Shown here in pieces: positions 28,586-37,549 of a DNA stretch of 64,000 bases (the first letter of the stretch is position 1; every line of letters begins with the position of its first letter). Below the pieces are notes generated by a model. That model searched no databases. It saw nothing but the letters and a program-made list of their open reading frames with translations, and was not told where the DNA came from. This stretch comes from an uncultured delta proteobacterium (GTDB lineage Bacteria; Desulfobacterota; Binatia; Binatales; Binataceae). A program made the position numbers and the translations under genes. Location of the stretch: contig CAWILO010000005.1 in assembly GCA_963836955.1 (NCBI GenBank), positions 207,466-271,465 on the forward strand, in the 5' to 3' direction.

Positions 28586-29953
28586 TTACAGGATCGATTC
28601 AGCCTCGTAGGCGCATCCCTTCACCAGCCGGCCAACATCGTAGTTCCATTCGCCCTTCCACTTGCTGATCACGAGGCTGGCGTTGCTGTGGCCGCTCCGG
28701 ACCAGGTCCATCAGGCGCAACAGGTAGATGCTCTCGTCGTGGCCGAGATTGTTCAATGCTCGCTGACGCTCGAGTCCCTTCGCCGCTATCTGCATCAGCT
28801 CGTAGCCGAGCTCCCGCAGCCTGATTTTTCCCGCCCGCGCGTCGAGACCATTCTTATGCGCCGCGTCAGCGATTTCCAGCCGCTCGCGATAGCTCCATCC
28901 CTTGACCAGGTCCCACGCCGCCCCGAGGCAATCGTCGGTGTAGAGCATCCCCTTCAACAGCGCGGGCAGCGCGAGCATGTACTGCGGCGGCTGGCTGTCG
29001 GCAGTGCGTATCTCGACGTAGCGCTTGAGCCGGACCTCGGTAAATATCGTCGTCAGGTGATTGGTCCAGTCCTCGACGGTGGCGCGCTCGCGTCCGTATC
29101 CGCGCTCGAGATACTGGCGGAAGGTAAGACCGGGCGGCTGCGTCAGATCGATATACTCATGGTTACGAATCAGGAAGTACATCGGCACGTCGAGCGCGAA
29201 CTCGGCGTAATCTTCGAACGAACAATCGGGGCGAAACACGAACTCGGGGACGCCGCTGCGTTCGTTGTCGGTGTCGGTCCAGATATGCCCGCGGAAGCTG
29301 TGATAGCCGTTCAGGCCGCCGTCGCTTAGCGGTGAGTTCGCGAAGATCGCGTACAGCAGCGGCACGATACCCATGCTCACGCGCAGCTTGCGGATAGCGT
29401 CGGCCTCGTCGCTGTAGTCGAGGTTGGCCTGCACGCCCGCCGTTTGCTTCATCATGCGCTGGCCCAACTTTCCCTTGCGCGCCATGTACGGGTACATGAT
29501 GTGGTAGCGGGCTTTCGGCAGCAGCTCGATTTGGTCGATACGGCTGACGGGCTGCATCCCCAGTCCGAGCACGGTCGCGCCGACCTGGCTGGTGAGATCG
29601 ATCAGCTGATGTACGTGCGTCGCGAACTCGGCGTGGGCGCAGTGGATGTCGACGCATTGCTCACCGGACAGCTCGATCTGACCGCCGGGCTCGAGCGTAA
29701 TCGCGGAGCGTTCACCCTTGAGCGCGAGGATATGGTCGTGCTCGTCTTCAGGCTCGAAGCCGTAGTCGGCAGCCATCCGGCGCAGGAGATCCTCGACGCC
29801 GCCGGGACCGGAGTAGGGGATAGCGGTGCCGTCCGCAGTGCGGACTACGACTTTTTCGTATTCGGTGCCTATGCGCCATTGCGCGCGCGGCTTGCCGCCT
29901 TCATGGAAGTAGCGGATGAGGTCGTCTTTCTTTTCAAGCAAATCACTCATCAA
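28586..29953 (-). CDS. gshA: glutamate--cysteine ligase (GCS2/plant-proteobacterial type)
   Basis: 455 aa; family-typical blocks (GTEYEKV; RYHIMYPYM; HIWTDTD; EVRTADS). Confidence 0.8.
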   Translation of the reverse strand: MMSDLLEKKDDLIRYFHEGGKPRAQWRIGTEYEKVVVRTADGTAIPYSGPGGVEDLLRRMAADYGFEPEDEHDHILALKGERSAITLEPGGQIELSGEQCVDIHCAHAEFATHVHQLIDLTSQVGATVLGLGMQPVSRIDQIELLPKARYHIMYPYMARKGKLGQRMMKQTAGVQANLDYSDEADAIRKLRVSMGIVPLLYAIFANSPLSDGGLNGYHSFRGHIWTDTDNERSGVPEFVFRPDCSFEDYAEFALDVPMYFLIRNHEYIDLTQPPGLTFRQYLERGYGRERATVEDWTNHLTTIFTEVRLKRYVEIRTADSQPPQYMLALPALLKGMLYTDDCLGAAWDLVKGWSYRERLEIADAAHKNGLDARAGKIRLRELGYELMQIAAKGLERQRALNNLGHDESIYLLRLMDLVRSGHSNASLVISKWKGEWNYDVGRLVKGCAYEAESIL

Positions 29954-30117
29954 TCAAATCCAATCGCGACTCTCTGAAAAGAAGGCTCCGCCAAGCGCGC
30001 TTATAATGTCCCCGCCAGATACGCGAGGCAAGCACGAACGAAAGGGTTTCGGAGCCGCCGCTGATCCCTCGCACACGCTCCCAATTCTAACAAGGACGAC
30101 GCCCCGCATCTCACTTA

Positions 30118-30176
30118 GTACTGGGTGCAGGGGTCACCCCTGCCCAGGGAAGTGTGAAACCCACGGCGGGTTTCAC
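30118..30176 (+). repeat. palindromic repeat element copy A (core double hairpin)
   Basis: CAGGGGTCACCCCTG hairpin plus GTGAAACCCACGGCGGGTTTCAC hairpin. Near-identical to copies at 32427-32525 (inverted) and 52065-52163. Confidence 0.8.
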
Positions 30177-30243
30177 ATTCAATCCAGTGAGGTCCCTCGA
30201 CTTTGCGCAAAAACGTGTAAGATGGCGCCGGAGAAATTTCGCG

Positions 30244-31746
30244 ATGCCTCAGGTGATACTTGCGATCGATCAGGGTACTACCGGCACGACGGTTTTTGTC
30301 GTCGATGCACGCGGACGGATTCGCGGACGCGCTTACGCCGAGATACGGCAGCTCTACCCGAAGCCCGGATGGGTCGAGCATGATCCCGAAGAAATTTACC
30401 GCTCGGTCGTCACACTTTCGAAAAAAGCGATCGCCGCCGCCAAGATTTCCGCCGGCGCGATCGCCGGAATCGGAATCACCAATCAACGCGAGACGTTCGT
30501 GGTATGGGAGCGGCGCAGCCGCCGCCCGGTTTATCGCGCGATCGTCTGGCAATGCCGCCGCAGCGCCGCTATCTGCGACGCCTTGCGCGAGCGCGAGCCC
30601 GAAGTTGCGAGCCGCACGGGACTGATCATCGATCCGTACTTCTCCGGCACCAAGCTCAAGTGGCTGCTCGACGAAAAGCCCGAACTGCGCGAGCGTGGCG
30701 CGCGCGGCGAGCTGTGCTTCGGCACGATCGATACCTGGCTGGTGCATAAGCTGTCGCGCGGAGCGGAGTTCGTGACCGACTACACCAATGCGTCGCGCAC
30801 GATGATGTTCAACCTGGCGCGCCGGGAATGGGATGACGAGATGCTCGCGATGCTGGGCGTTCCGCGCGAGATGCTGCCCCGCGCCGTCAGTTCGCGCGGC
30901 CCGACTGCAGCGACGGCGGCGGGCACGATCGCGTCGCATGCGATTCCGATCGCCGCGATGATCGGCGACCAGCAATCGGCGCTGTACGGCCAAGGCGCGG
31001 TCGCCGCCGGCGACTCGAAGGCTACTTACGGGACGGGGGCGTTCCTGCTGATGAACACCGGCGACAAGATGGTGCCGTCGAAGAATCGATTGCTCACCAC
31101 GTCGGCACTCGGCCCCGCCGGCGAGCCTGCGTATGCGCTCGAAGGTTCCGTCTTTATCGCGGGCGCCGCCGTGCAATGGCTTCGCGACGGCCTGAAGATC
31201 GTGCGCAACGCCGCGGATACATACGCGGAGGCGCGCGCCAGTCTTGCGATAAATAAGGATCGCACACAGCCCTACGTGGTGCCGGCGTTCGTTGGACTCG
31301 GCGCGCCGCATTGGGATGCGACGGCGAAGGGCGCGATCGTGGGAATCACCCGAGGCACGACCCGTGCCGACGTAATCCGCGCGACGCTCGACAGTATCGC
31401 CTACCAGGTTCGCGACGTAATAGTTGCGATGGAGTCCGACACCGGGCATCCGATGAGCGAGCTGCGCGCCGACGGAGGCGCGACCAAGAATCGCTACCTG
31501 ATGCAGTTCCAGGCGGATATTCTTGGCAAGCCGGTCCTGCGCGCGAAGATCGCCGAAACCACTGCGATGGGCGCGGCGATGCTCGCGGGGCTGGCGATGG
31601 GAGTGTGGAAATCGCCCGATGAGTTGCGGGCGATCGTCAAGGGAGCGGACGTGTTCAAGCCAAAAATGCAAACCGCCGAACGCGAACAATTGCTCGCCGG
31701 ATGGCATGACGCGGTTGCGCGTGTGCTCACGAAGCCGTCGAACTGA
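30244..31746 (+). CDS. glpK: glycerol kinase
   Basis: GlpK N-terminus MPQVILAIDQGTTGT and full-length FGGY kinase pattern. Start trimmed from 30154; the upstream 30 codons are a translated repeat element. Confidence 0.9.
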   Translation: MPQVILAIDQGTTGTTVFVVDARGRIRGRAYAEIRQLYPKPGWVEHDPEEIYRSVVTLSKKAIAAAKISAGAIAGIGITNQRETFVVWERRSRRPVYRAIVWQCRRSAAICDALREREPEVASRTGLIIDPYFSGTKLKWLLDEKPELRERGARGELCFGTIDTWLVHKLSRGAEFVTDYTNASRTMMFNLARREWDDEMLAMLGVPREMLPRAVSSRGPTAATAAGTIASHAIPIAAMIGDQQSALYGQGAVAAGDSKATYGTGAFLLMNTGDKMVPSKNRLLTTSALGPAGEPAYALEGSVFIAGAAVQWLRDGLKIVRNAADTYAEARASLAINKDRTQPYVVPAFVGLGAPHWDATAKGAIVGITRGTTRADVIRATLDSIAYQVRDVIVAMESDTGHPMSELRADGGATKNRYLMQFQADILGKPVLRAKIAETTAMGAAMLAGLAMGVWKSPDELRAIVKGADVFKPKMQTAEREQLLAGWHDAVARVLTKPSN

Positions 31747-31764
31747 ATCGAGGAATCGAAAACA

Positions 31765-32403
31765 ATGCCTGAGAATGGAAAACCGTACGTCACCGCCTTG
31801 TATCCCGAACAGCACGACCAGGCCGCCGACTCGCTCGGCCGCGCCTTCATCAACGATCCGACCTTCAAGGCGATAATTCCGGATATAACCGACCCGGTCG
31901 AGCGCGCGGCCCGCCTGGCAGATCTGTTCCGCGGGATGCTCGCGATCGAACGCCGTTCAGGGCAGCCAGTGTTCGGAATCGTCGACGACAATGGACGTGT
32001 CGTCGCAGCCGCGATGACCGAAGGCGTCGGGCATCCGGGAGCGCTCGGGTTGGTCGCCACCGGCCTTGGACAGATGCCGCGTATGATCCGGGCGATCGGA
32101 ATGGGCGGGTTGTGGCGGGGGCTCAATCTCGTCAGCGTACTGTCAAACAATCATCCTAAGGAGCCGCACCTGTACCTGCAGGTGCTCGGATGCGATCCGC
32201 CGTTCCAAGGTAAAGGTTATGGCAAGGCGTTGGTCGACAGGATCGCGCTCGAGGCAAAGGCGCGGCCTGAAATCGCCGGCGTCTACCTCGAGACGATGAC
32301 CGAAGCCAACGTCGCGTTCTACAGTTCCAGGGGCTATGAAGTCCTGGGCGAGTTGTATCCGCTGGGCGTCAGGACATGGCGGATGTACCAACGGACGAGA
32401 TGA
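31765..32403 (+). CDS. GNAT family N-acetyltransferase
   Basis: 212 aa with GNAT core (QGKGYGKALVDRI) and C-terminal motif (FYSSRGYEV). Confidence 0.7.
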   Translation: MPENGKPYVTALYPEQHDQAADSLGRAFINDPTFKAIIPDITDPVERAARLADLFRGMLAIERRSGQPVFGIVDDNGRVVAAAMTEGVGHPGALGLVATGLGQMPRMIRAIGMGGLWRGLNLVSVLSNNHPKEPHLYLQVLGCDPPFQGKGYGKALVDRIALEAKARPEIAGVYLETMTEANVAFYSSRGYEVLGELYPLGVRTWRMYQRTR

Positions 32404-32426
32404 AACGAGATAGGAGCGAATTGAAT

Positions 32427-32525
32427 GTTAAACCCGCGGTGGGTTTCACACTTCCTTCGGCAGGGGTGACCCCTGCACCCAGCGTCAATCGCAAAGTTGC
32501 GCGCAGCGCACTACTTTGCTCTCGG
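32427..32525 (-). repeat. palindromic repeat element copy B (inverted relative to A and C; extended triple-hairpin form)
   Basis: The reverse complement matches copy C over about 100 bp, including the third hairpin GCAAAGTAGTGCGCTGCGCGCAACTTTGC. Confidence 0.8.
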
Positions 32526-32632
32526 TCACATAAATTCGGTTCCGCTCCCCGCTCTGGAAGGGGTTACTTCCACGATCCGGTTCCCCTTCCCGCGCGGCCC
32601 GAAAAAAGGGGTTAGGGGTTAGGTTCTTCTGG

Positions 32633-32860
32633 TTAGGTCGTGGAGGTTCGTGGATGGATCGTCGTCACGCGAAGTCCCTTTGACGTCCAGCCGACGTCGA
32701 AGCCGACGATATCGCCCTCGCGAATCAGATCGATCCCCGGCATCGTGCCGCCGATTTGCGCGCCCACAACCGCCACGAATGGGAACTCGAAGGGGATCTC
32801 CTTGCCGCTATGCGAGCGCACCACGCCGCGGCCGCGTGCGCGGTCGAGCTTGAGGATCAT
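32633..32860 (-). CDS. small hypothetical protein with cold-shock/OB-fold-like pattern
   Basis: 75 aa from MILKLDRARGRGVV. Spacing of hydrophobic and Gly residues resembles a CSD/OB fold. The longer ORF overlaps the neighbouring gene. Confidence 0.3.
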   Translation of the reverse strand: MILKLDRARGRGVVRSHSGKEIPFEFPFVAVVGAQIGGTMPGIDLIREGDIVGFDVGWTSKGLRVTTIHPRTSTT

Positions 32861-32928
32861 CCCCTGGTAGAAATTTCCCGGAAAGCGCTCGCTGTCATAT
32901 TCTTCATTGGCCACTATACAGATGATAC

Positions 32929-33549
32929 TCAGGACAAGGACTTGTAGTCGATCACCGTCGTCGTCGATTCCATCAGCAACTTTCCCGCGTCGGTCTTTTT
33001 GAGTACCTGCTTGATCGTGCCGCCGGGGACTTCGTCCGAGAGCCATTCCTTGGACGTCGATTCTTCGTGGCCAACCTTGATCGTGCTCTCGACCCAATGC
33101 GCTTTGATTTTCTTGCCGTTGACCGTCACTTCCTCGTCGCCCTCGGTAAGCTTGGCGGGCTTGGTGCCGGGTGGTGGCGCCTCACCGCTGCCACCGCTGG
33201 CGAATAGCGTAATCTTACTCGGAGGCATTTCGGTTTCGCTGCCGGGATCGACGTCGACGCGGGTCTCTTCGAGTACGGCCTTGTCCTTGGTCAGGTCAAC
33301 GAGCTTGGTTGTGATGCGCATTTCCTCGCCCTCGGGCGGCCCGGCAGTAGCGTCGATTACGTTGGGGTCGTCCGAATGCGAGATTACAAACTGCTTCACC
33401 GTGACGTAGCTGCCCGGTTTGAATTGCGACCATTCCTGATATGCGCCGTTGGCGGGCTCCGGCGTTTCGGACGGATGCTCATCGCCTGCTCCCATGAGGA
33501 AAAGACTGGAGCCCAGGATTGCCGCGTAGAGTGTCGGCCGAAACCTCAT
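32929..33549 (-). CDS. secreted hypothetical protein
   Basis: Signal peptide MRFRPTLYAAILGSSLFLMGAG. 206 aa acidic, Lys-rich mature part; no family recognised. Confidence 0.5.
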   Translation of the reverse strand: MRFRPTLYAAILGSSLFLMGAGDEHPSETPEPANGAYQEWSQFKPGSYVTVKQFVISHSDDPNVIDATAGPPEGEEMRITTKLVDLTKDKAVLEETRVDVDPGSETEMPPSKITLFASGGSGEAPPPGTKPAKLTEGDEEVTVNGKKIKAHWVESTIKVGHEESTSKEWLSDEVPGGTIKQVLKKTDAGKLLMESTTTVIDYKSLS

Positions 33550-33741
33550 TGAGTACCTCCTGAGCGACTCAGTCGCCGTCGTAATAGCATTCGAAGTGGA
33601 TGGTATGCGCACGAATCCTACTTAATCAAAAATAATCGTGTCAACCGGGCTTGCACACTCACTGTAGCGCGGTCGCAGTTGACAATGAACATATACAATC
33701 GTAGGTTTTCGAATCGCGAACAGTCGCGTTCAACAGGGGGA

Positions 33742-34110
33742 ATGCGGTCGAATCCGATGGAAACCGATAATCCTGCCGCCCGGAAGAAACTGAAAGAGCG
33801 ATTGCGCCAGCTGATCGGCACCGGCGCGAGTTCTATCGTGCTTGCGACAACGATCCTGAGTGCAATTCCTGCGGACGCAAATGTCGCGGACTTAAATCCC
33901 GCGGGAACTCTTAAGCAGCGCGTCGAGAAGGTGCGTCCGCAAGCGCAAGACGCGGACGCCAATCTGATCAAGCAGGGTGATTCGAAAATCCAGTTGGCCT
34001 GGTGGCGTAACTGGCGCAACGGCGGATGGCGCGGCTGGGGTTGGCCGAACTGGCATAACTGGCCGAACTGGCACAACTGGCATAATTGGCACAACTGGCA
34101 CAATTGGTAG
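33742..34110 (+). CDS. candidate RiPP precursor: signal-peptide-like leader plus C-terminal Trp-rich tandem WxN repeat
   Basis: Strong SD (AGGGGG) before the ATG at 33742. Leader has a positively charged n-region (RKKLKERLRQ), a hydrophobic core (LIGTGASSIVLATTILSAIPA) and an ADA|NV cleavage-like site. The C-terminus is imperfect 9-bp tandem repeats (aactggcay) ending in WPNWHNWPNWHNWHNWHNWHNW and a stop. Confidence 0.5.
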   Translation: MRSNPMETDNPAARKKLKERLRQLIGTGASSIVLATTILSAIPADANVADLNPAGTLKQRVEKVRPQAQDADANLIKQGDSKIQLAWWRNWRNGGWRGWGWPNWHNWPNWHNWHNWHNWHNW

Positions 34111-34173
34111 CACCTGATTCGCAGTAGCATTGCGGCGCGCGTCGCAAAGGCGCAGCGCTGAGCGATATTCAAG

Positions 34174-35343
34174 ATGGCTGCGGGCAATAGATGGCGAATC
34201 GCCGGGCCGCTCGAGCTTCTCGTCTTACAGCCGACTCCGTTTTGTAATCTCGACTGTTCGTACTGCTACCTTCCCGATCGCGACTCGAAGCGCAGGATGT
34301 CTGACGCGACTCTGAATCGCGTCTTTGATTTCGTCTTTTCAAGCGGAATCGTGGAACGCGGATTCACAGTTGTATGGCATGCAGGCGAGCCGATGGTGCT
34401 GCCGGTGGCTTACTACGAACGTGCGATCGAAATTGTCGGCAATCATGATCCGGGCGGCTTGCGAGTCGGGCATTCGTTCCAGACCAATGGCGTGCTGATC
34501 GATGACGCGTGGTGCGATTTTTTCAAGCGGCACGGAGTCAACGTCGGTATCAGCGTTGACGGACCCGCGTTCCTTCACGATCGCAATCGGAAGGCGCGCA
34601 AGGGCGCTGGGACTCATCATCGCGTCATGAAAGGAATTCGAAAACTGCAAAGCCACGACGTGCCGTTCCACGTGATCTCGGTGCTCACGGGAGAGTCACT
34701 CGACTACGCCGACGAGCTTTACGATTTCTATGTCGAGAACGAGATTTGGGAGGTCGCTTTCAATATCGAGGAGATCGAAGGACCGCACACCTCGTCCACG
34801 CTGGGGGCGGCGGTGGTCGAGGACCGCTTCCGGCGTTTTATCGGAAGATTTTTCGATCTTGTCGCGCGCGATGAATTGGCGACGAGCGTGCGCGAGTTCG
34901 ATTCGATGGTTCCGCTGATTCTCGGCGGGAACAGGGGCGAGGTTCCGCTGACTCAGGAAAATGCGCCGTGCTCGATACTCAGTATCGATTGCGAAGGAAA
35001 CTTCACTACCTATTCTCCGGAACTGCTCGGTCTCAAGAGTAGTCACTATGGTGATTTCGCTATAGGCAATGTGAAGACGGATACGCTCGCATCCGCGATC
35101 AACGGCGAGAAGTTTCGCCGCATTAGTAGTGACATTGCGCGCGGACTGAGTAAGTGCCGCGATACTTGTGAGTATTACAGTTTGTGCGGCGGCGGCGCTC
35201 CGGTGAACAAGTACTTCGAGAATGGTTCGTTCGATTCGACCGAGACCATGTTCTGCCGCCTGAATCGCAAGGTTCTGGTCGACATGATCGTCGCGAAGCT
35301 GCAACATCCGGTTGGCGTCCTGGCATCCGTTCAAAATCAGTGA
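34174..35343 (+). CDS. radical SAM/SPASM domain protein (anSME/peptide-maturase family)
   Basis: CxxxCxxC motif (CNLDCSYC). C-terminal SPASM cysteine cluster (CSILSIDCEGN ... CRDTCEYYSLCGGG ... FC). Starts 64 bp after the Trp-repeat gene on the same strand. Confidence 0.85.
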   Translation: MAAGNRWRIAGPLELLVLQPTPFCNLDCSYCYLPDRDSKRRMSDATLNRVFDFVFSSGIVERGFTVVWHAGEPMVLPVAYYERAIEIVGNHDPGGLRVGHSFQTNGVLIDDAWCDFFKRHGVNVGISVDGPAFLHDRNRKARKGAGTHHRVMKGIRKLQSHDVPFHVISVLTGESLDYADELYDFYVENEIWEVAFNIEEIEGPHTSSTLGAAVVEDRFRRFIGRFFDLVARDELATSVREFDSMVPLILGGNRGEVPLTQENAPCSILSIDCEGNFTTYSPELLGLKSSHYGDFAIGNVKTDTLASAINGEKFRRISSDIARGLSKCRDTCEYYSLCGGGAPVNKYFENGSFDSTETMFCRLNRKVLVDMIVAKLQHPVGVLASVQNQ

Positions 35344-35951
35344 AGATCCGCCACGCGGCGCGATACCAGAGCGCGCGGAAGCTGGCGGATCGCGTCCAGG
35401 TGCTCGACGCGTCCGGATGGCGGCGCGCGAACGCGGGCGAGATGGCGTCGCTATGCACTGAGAGCGTCGGCTCGGCCGACGGCGATGTGTCGGTGATCGC
35501 GATACCAAAGCATTTGCTGAAGCGATGGTGGAAGCTGGCCGAATCGCGCGACGGCGATCTGACCAACATCGGTCCTGGGTTCGAGAGCTACGCGCGCGAG
35601 GTTGCCGAATACTTCAACTACAAAAATTGGCCCTTGCCATCTGATGCCGTTATGGAGGTTGTGGTCTCTGGCGGCGAGGATCGTGCGAGCGGGGCGGACG
35701 ATGCGTTCGCACTGCAATCGAGTCGCGCGACCCGTTTCAGCGGCGGCGTTGGGATGACACTAGCGTGCATCAACCTTGGCGACGAGGAGCTCGCGATCGT
35801 TTTGGACGCCGAATCCGGACGGATTCGCGTCATCCTCGAGGCAGGGGAGGGCGTGATGCTGCCCGAGCGCGGTATCCTGTGGAATCGAATGACTATTGGG
35901 AGCTCGGACCTCGCCGTGACATTGACTATCGGGACGCTCTCAACTGACTAG
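35341..35951 (+). CDS. hypothetical protein translationally coupled to the rSAM gene
   Basis: GTG start overlaps the rSAM TGA stop (GTGA). 203 aa; no recognisable family. The ORF-finder version (35184..) overlaps the rSAM 3' end. Confidence 0.4.
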
Positions 35952-35958
35952 TCAATCG

Positions 35959-36249
35959 CTACGGCATCGATTTACAGATCTCCAATTCTCTGAGCGCGTT
36001 GTCGATGTAACCGATCGCGTTGGCCTTGTGCCCTTGATAGTCATTCGCGGCCTCGGCTTGTAGTACATAGCGAGCATGCTGCAGTTCGTTCATCGCTTGT
36101 GAGATGGCAGGGTGGCTACCGGGTGGAGGGCCCGGCGGCGGACCGTAATAGCCTCCGCCGCTGTATGCCGGAGGACCTGATGAGCACGCGGCACAGGCCA
36201 GGAAGATTCCGAAGATCACACCGCTCGCGAAGCACAATCCTTTGACCAC
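35959..36249 (-). CDS. small secreted/lipoprotein-like protein with Gly/Pro-rich segment
   Basis: N-terminal hydrophobic signal ending in Cys (FLACAACSS), then GGGYYGPPPGPPPG, then a helical C-terminus. Confidence 0.4.
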   Translation of the reverse strand: MVKGLCFASGVIFGIFLACAACSSGPPAYSGGGYYGPPPGPPPGSHPAISQAMNELQHARYVLQAEAANDYQGHKANAIGYIDNALRELEICKSMP

Positions 36250-36261
36250 GGAAAACTCCTT

Positions 36262-36675
36262 TCAGGGGAAGTGGCGATCGATGTAGGTAATCGCGGTCTC
36301 GAGGTCGGGCAATATCTTGGTGCAAAAACGGACCATCCAGGGTGAGCATGCGGCAAAACTGAACGGGCTGAAGGCGATCACGAACTTGCCGAGATCGTGC
36401 GCCGCGAAAAATACTTCCATCGCGGTGCCGAGCGAGGGCTTGTTGTAGTTCACCAGCAACAAGTCGGCGTCGCGCACATCCTGAAGATCGAACTCGACTA
36501 TTTCATTGGCGGAGTCGATCTCGCGGTCGCGAAAATTTCGGCGCATCGGATCGAGCAGTATGAATCGTCCGGCGAGGCGTTCCGTGGCGCGAGTGCGCCA
36601 GTCTTTGGCCGCGCGATCCGACTCCGCATCCATGATCGGACCGCACAGATAAATCTTTCGCACCCCGTCCGCCAT
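36262..36675 (-). CDS. nucleoside 2-deoxyribosyltransferase-like protein
   Basis: KIYLCGPI N-terminal motif typical of the NDT/Rossmann-like family. Start taken at MADGVRK. Confidence 0.5.
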   Translation of the reverse strand: MADGVRKIYLCGPIMDAESDRAAKDWRTRATERLAGRFILLDPMRRNFRDREIDSANEIVEFDLQDVRDADLLLVNYNKPSLGTAMEVFFAAHDLGKFVIAFSPFSFAACSPWMVRFCTKILPDLETAITYIDRHFP

Positions 36676-36740
36676 CGCGCCGCAATCTACCATATCCGGG
36701 TCAAAGCCGATAAGTTCTTGGATGGCCGCACCAGCGGCAT

Positions 36741-37535
36741 TTGAGAATGGCGACAGTTGAACGTCTGAAACCGGGTGAGATCAGCGATGCGGCCGACAAT
36801 GCCGAGACGTTGGCGCTGCGCGGCGAAGGCTTAATCAAGGTTTACGGCGGACGCGCGGTCGTCGATAACGTCAACGTCGTTGTCAAACCCGGCGAAGTGG
36901 TCGGATTCCTCGGTCCCAACGGCGCCGGCAAGACGACCACCTTCTACATGCTGGTGGGACTGCTGAAGCCGGACAAGGGACGAATCATGTTCGGCGGCGA
37001 GGACATCACGACGCTGCCGCTCTATCAGCGCGCGCGCCGCGGGATTTCGTACCTGCCGCAGGAGCCCAGTGTCTTCCGTAAGCTGACGGTCGAGCAGAAT
37101 CTGCTGGCGGTCCTGGAAACCTTGCCGCTCAACGAAGAGGAGCGGTACGCGCGCCTGCAGACGCTGCTCGACGAACTCGGAATCGCGAAGCTGGCGAAGT
37201 CGAAGGCGGGAGTGCTGTCCGGCGGTGAGCGCCGACGCGTGGAGATCACGCGGGCGCTGGTGCTCGATCCGGTGTACCTGTGCCTCGACGAGCCGTTTGC
37301 GGGAATCGATCCGATCACCGTCGTCGAGATTCAGCGCGTCGTGTCCTATCTCAAAGAACGGGGCATCGGCGTGCTCATGTCGGACCACAACGTGCACGCG
37401 ACACTGTCGATCATCGATCGCGCGTATATCATTCACTCGGGGAAGATTCTGTTCGAAGGCAAGCCGCGCGACATCGTCGCCAGCGACGCAGTCCGACAGG
37501 TTTTCCTGGGCGAGCGATTCAAGCTTGCGAGATAG
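36741..37535 (+). CDS. lptB: LPS export ABC transporter ATP-binding protein
   Basis: Walker A (GPNGAGKTT), ABC signature (LSGGERRR), Walker B (LCLDEP) and H-loop. LptB-size (about 260 aa) with LptB-like C-terminus. Confidence 0.85.
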   Translation: MRMATVERLKPGEISDAADNAETLALRGEGLIKVYGGRAVVDNVNVVVKPGEVVGFLGPNGAGKTTTFYMLVGLLKPDKGRIMFGGEDITTLPLYQRARRGISYLPQEPSVFRKLTVEQNLLAVLETLPLNEEERYARLQTLLDELGIAKLAKSKAGVLSGGERRRVEITRALVLDPVYLCLDEPFAGIDPITVVEIQRVVSYLKERGIGVLMSDHNVHATLSIIDRAYIIHSGKILFEGKPRDIVASDAVRQVFLGERFKLAR

Positions 37536-37549
37536 CGCGCGGATCCAGA

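Noticed and set aside
30154-30243. 30-aa N-terminal extension of glpK (MKPTAGFTFNPVRSLDFAQKRV...)
   Set aside because: It is a translation of repeat element copy A. The conserved GlpK N-terminus begins at the ATG at 30244.
32609-32637. Telomere-like GGTTAG hexamers (GGGGTTAGGGGTTAGG ... GGTTAGG)
   Set aside because: There are only three copies in a bacterial intergenic region next to repeat copy B. It is too short to mean anything and is most likely chance or part of the flanking repeat decay.
33618-34187. 189-aa minus-strand ORF containing CQLCQLCQLCQLCQFGQLCQFGQ repeats
   Set aside because: It is the antisense reading of the Trp-codon tandem repeat. The plus-strand reading has an SD, a signal-peptide-like N-terminus and a same-strand rSAM partner, so the minus ORF is most likely an artefact of the repeat.
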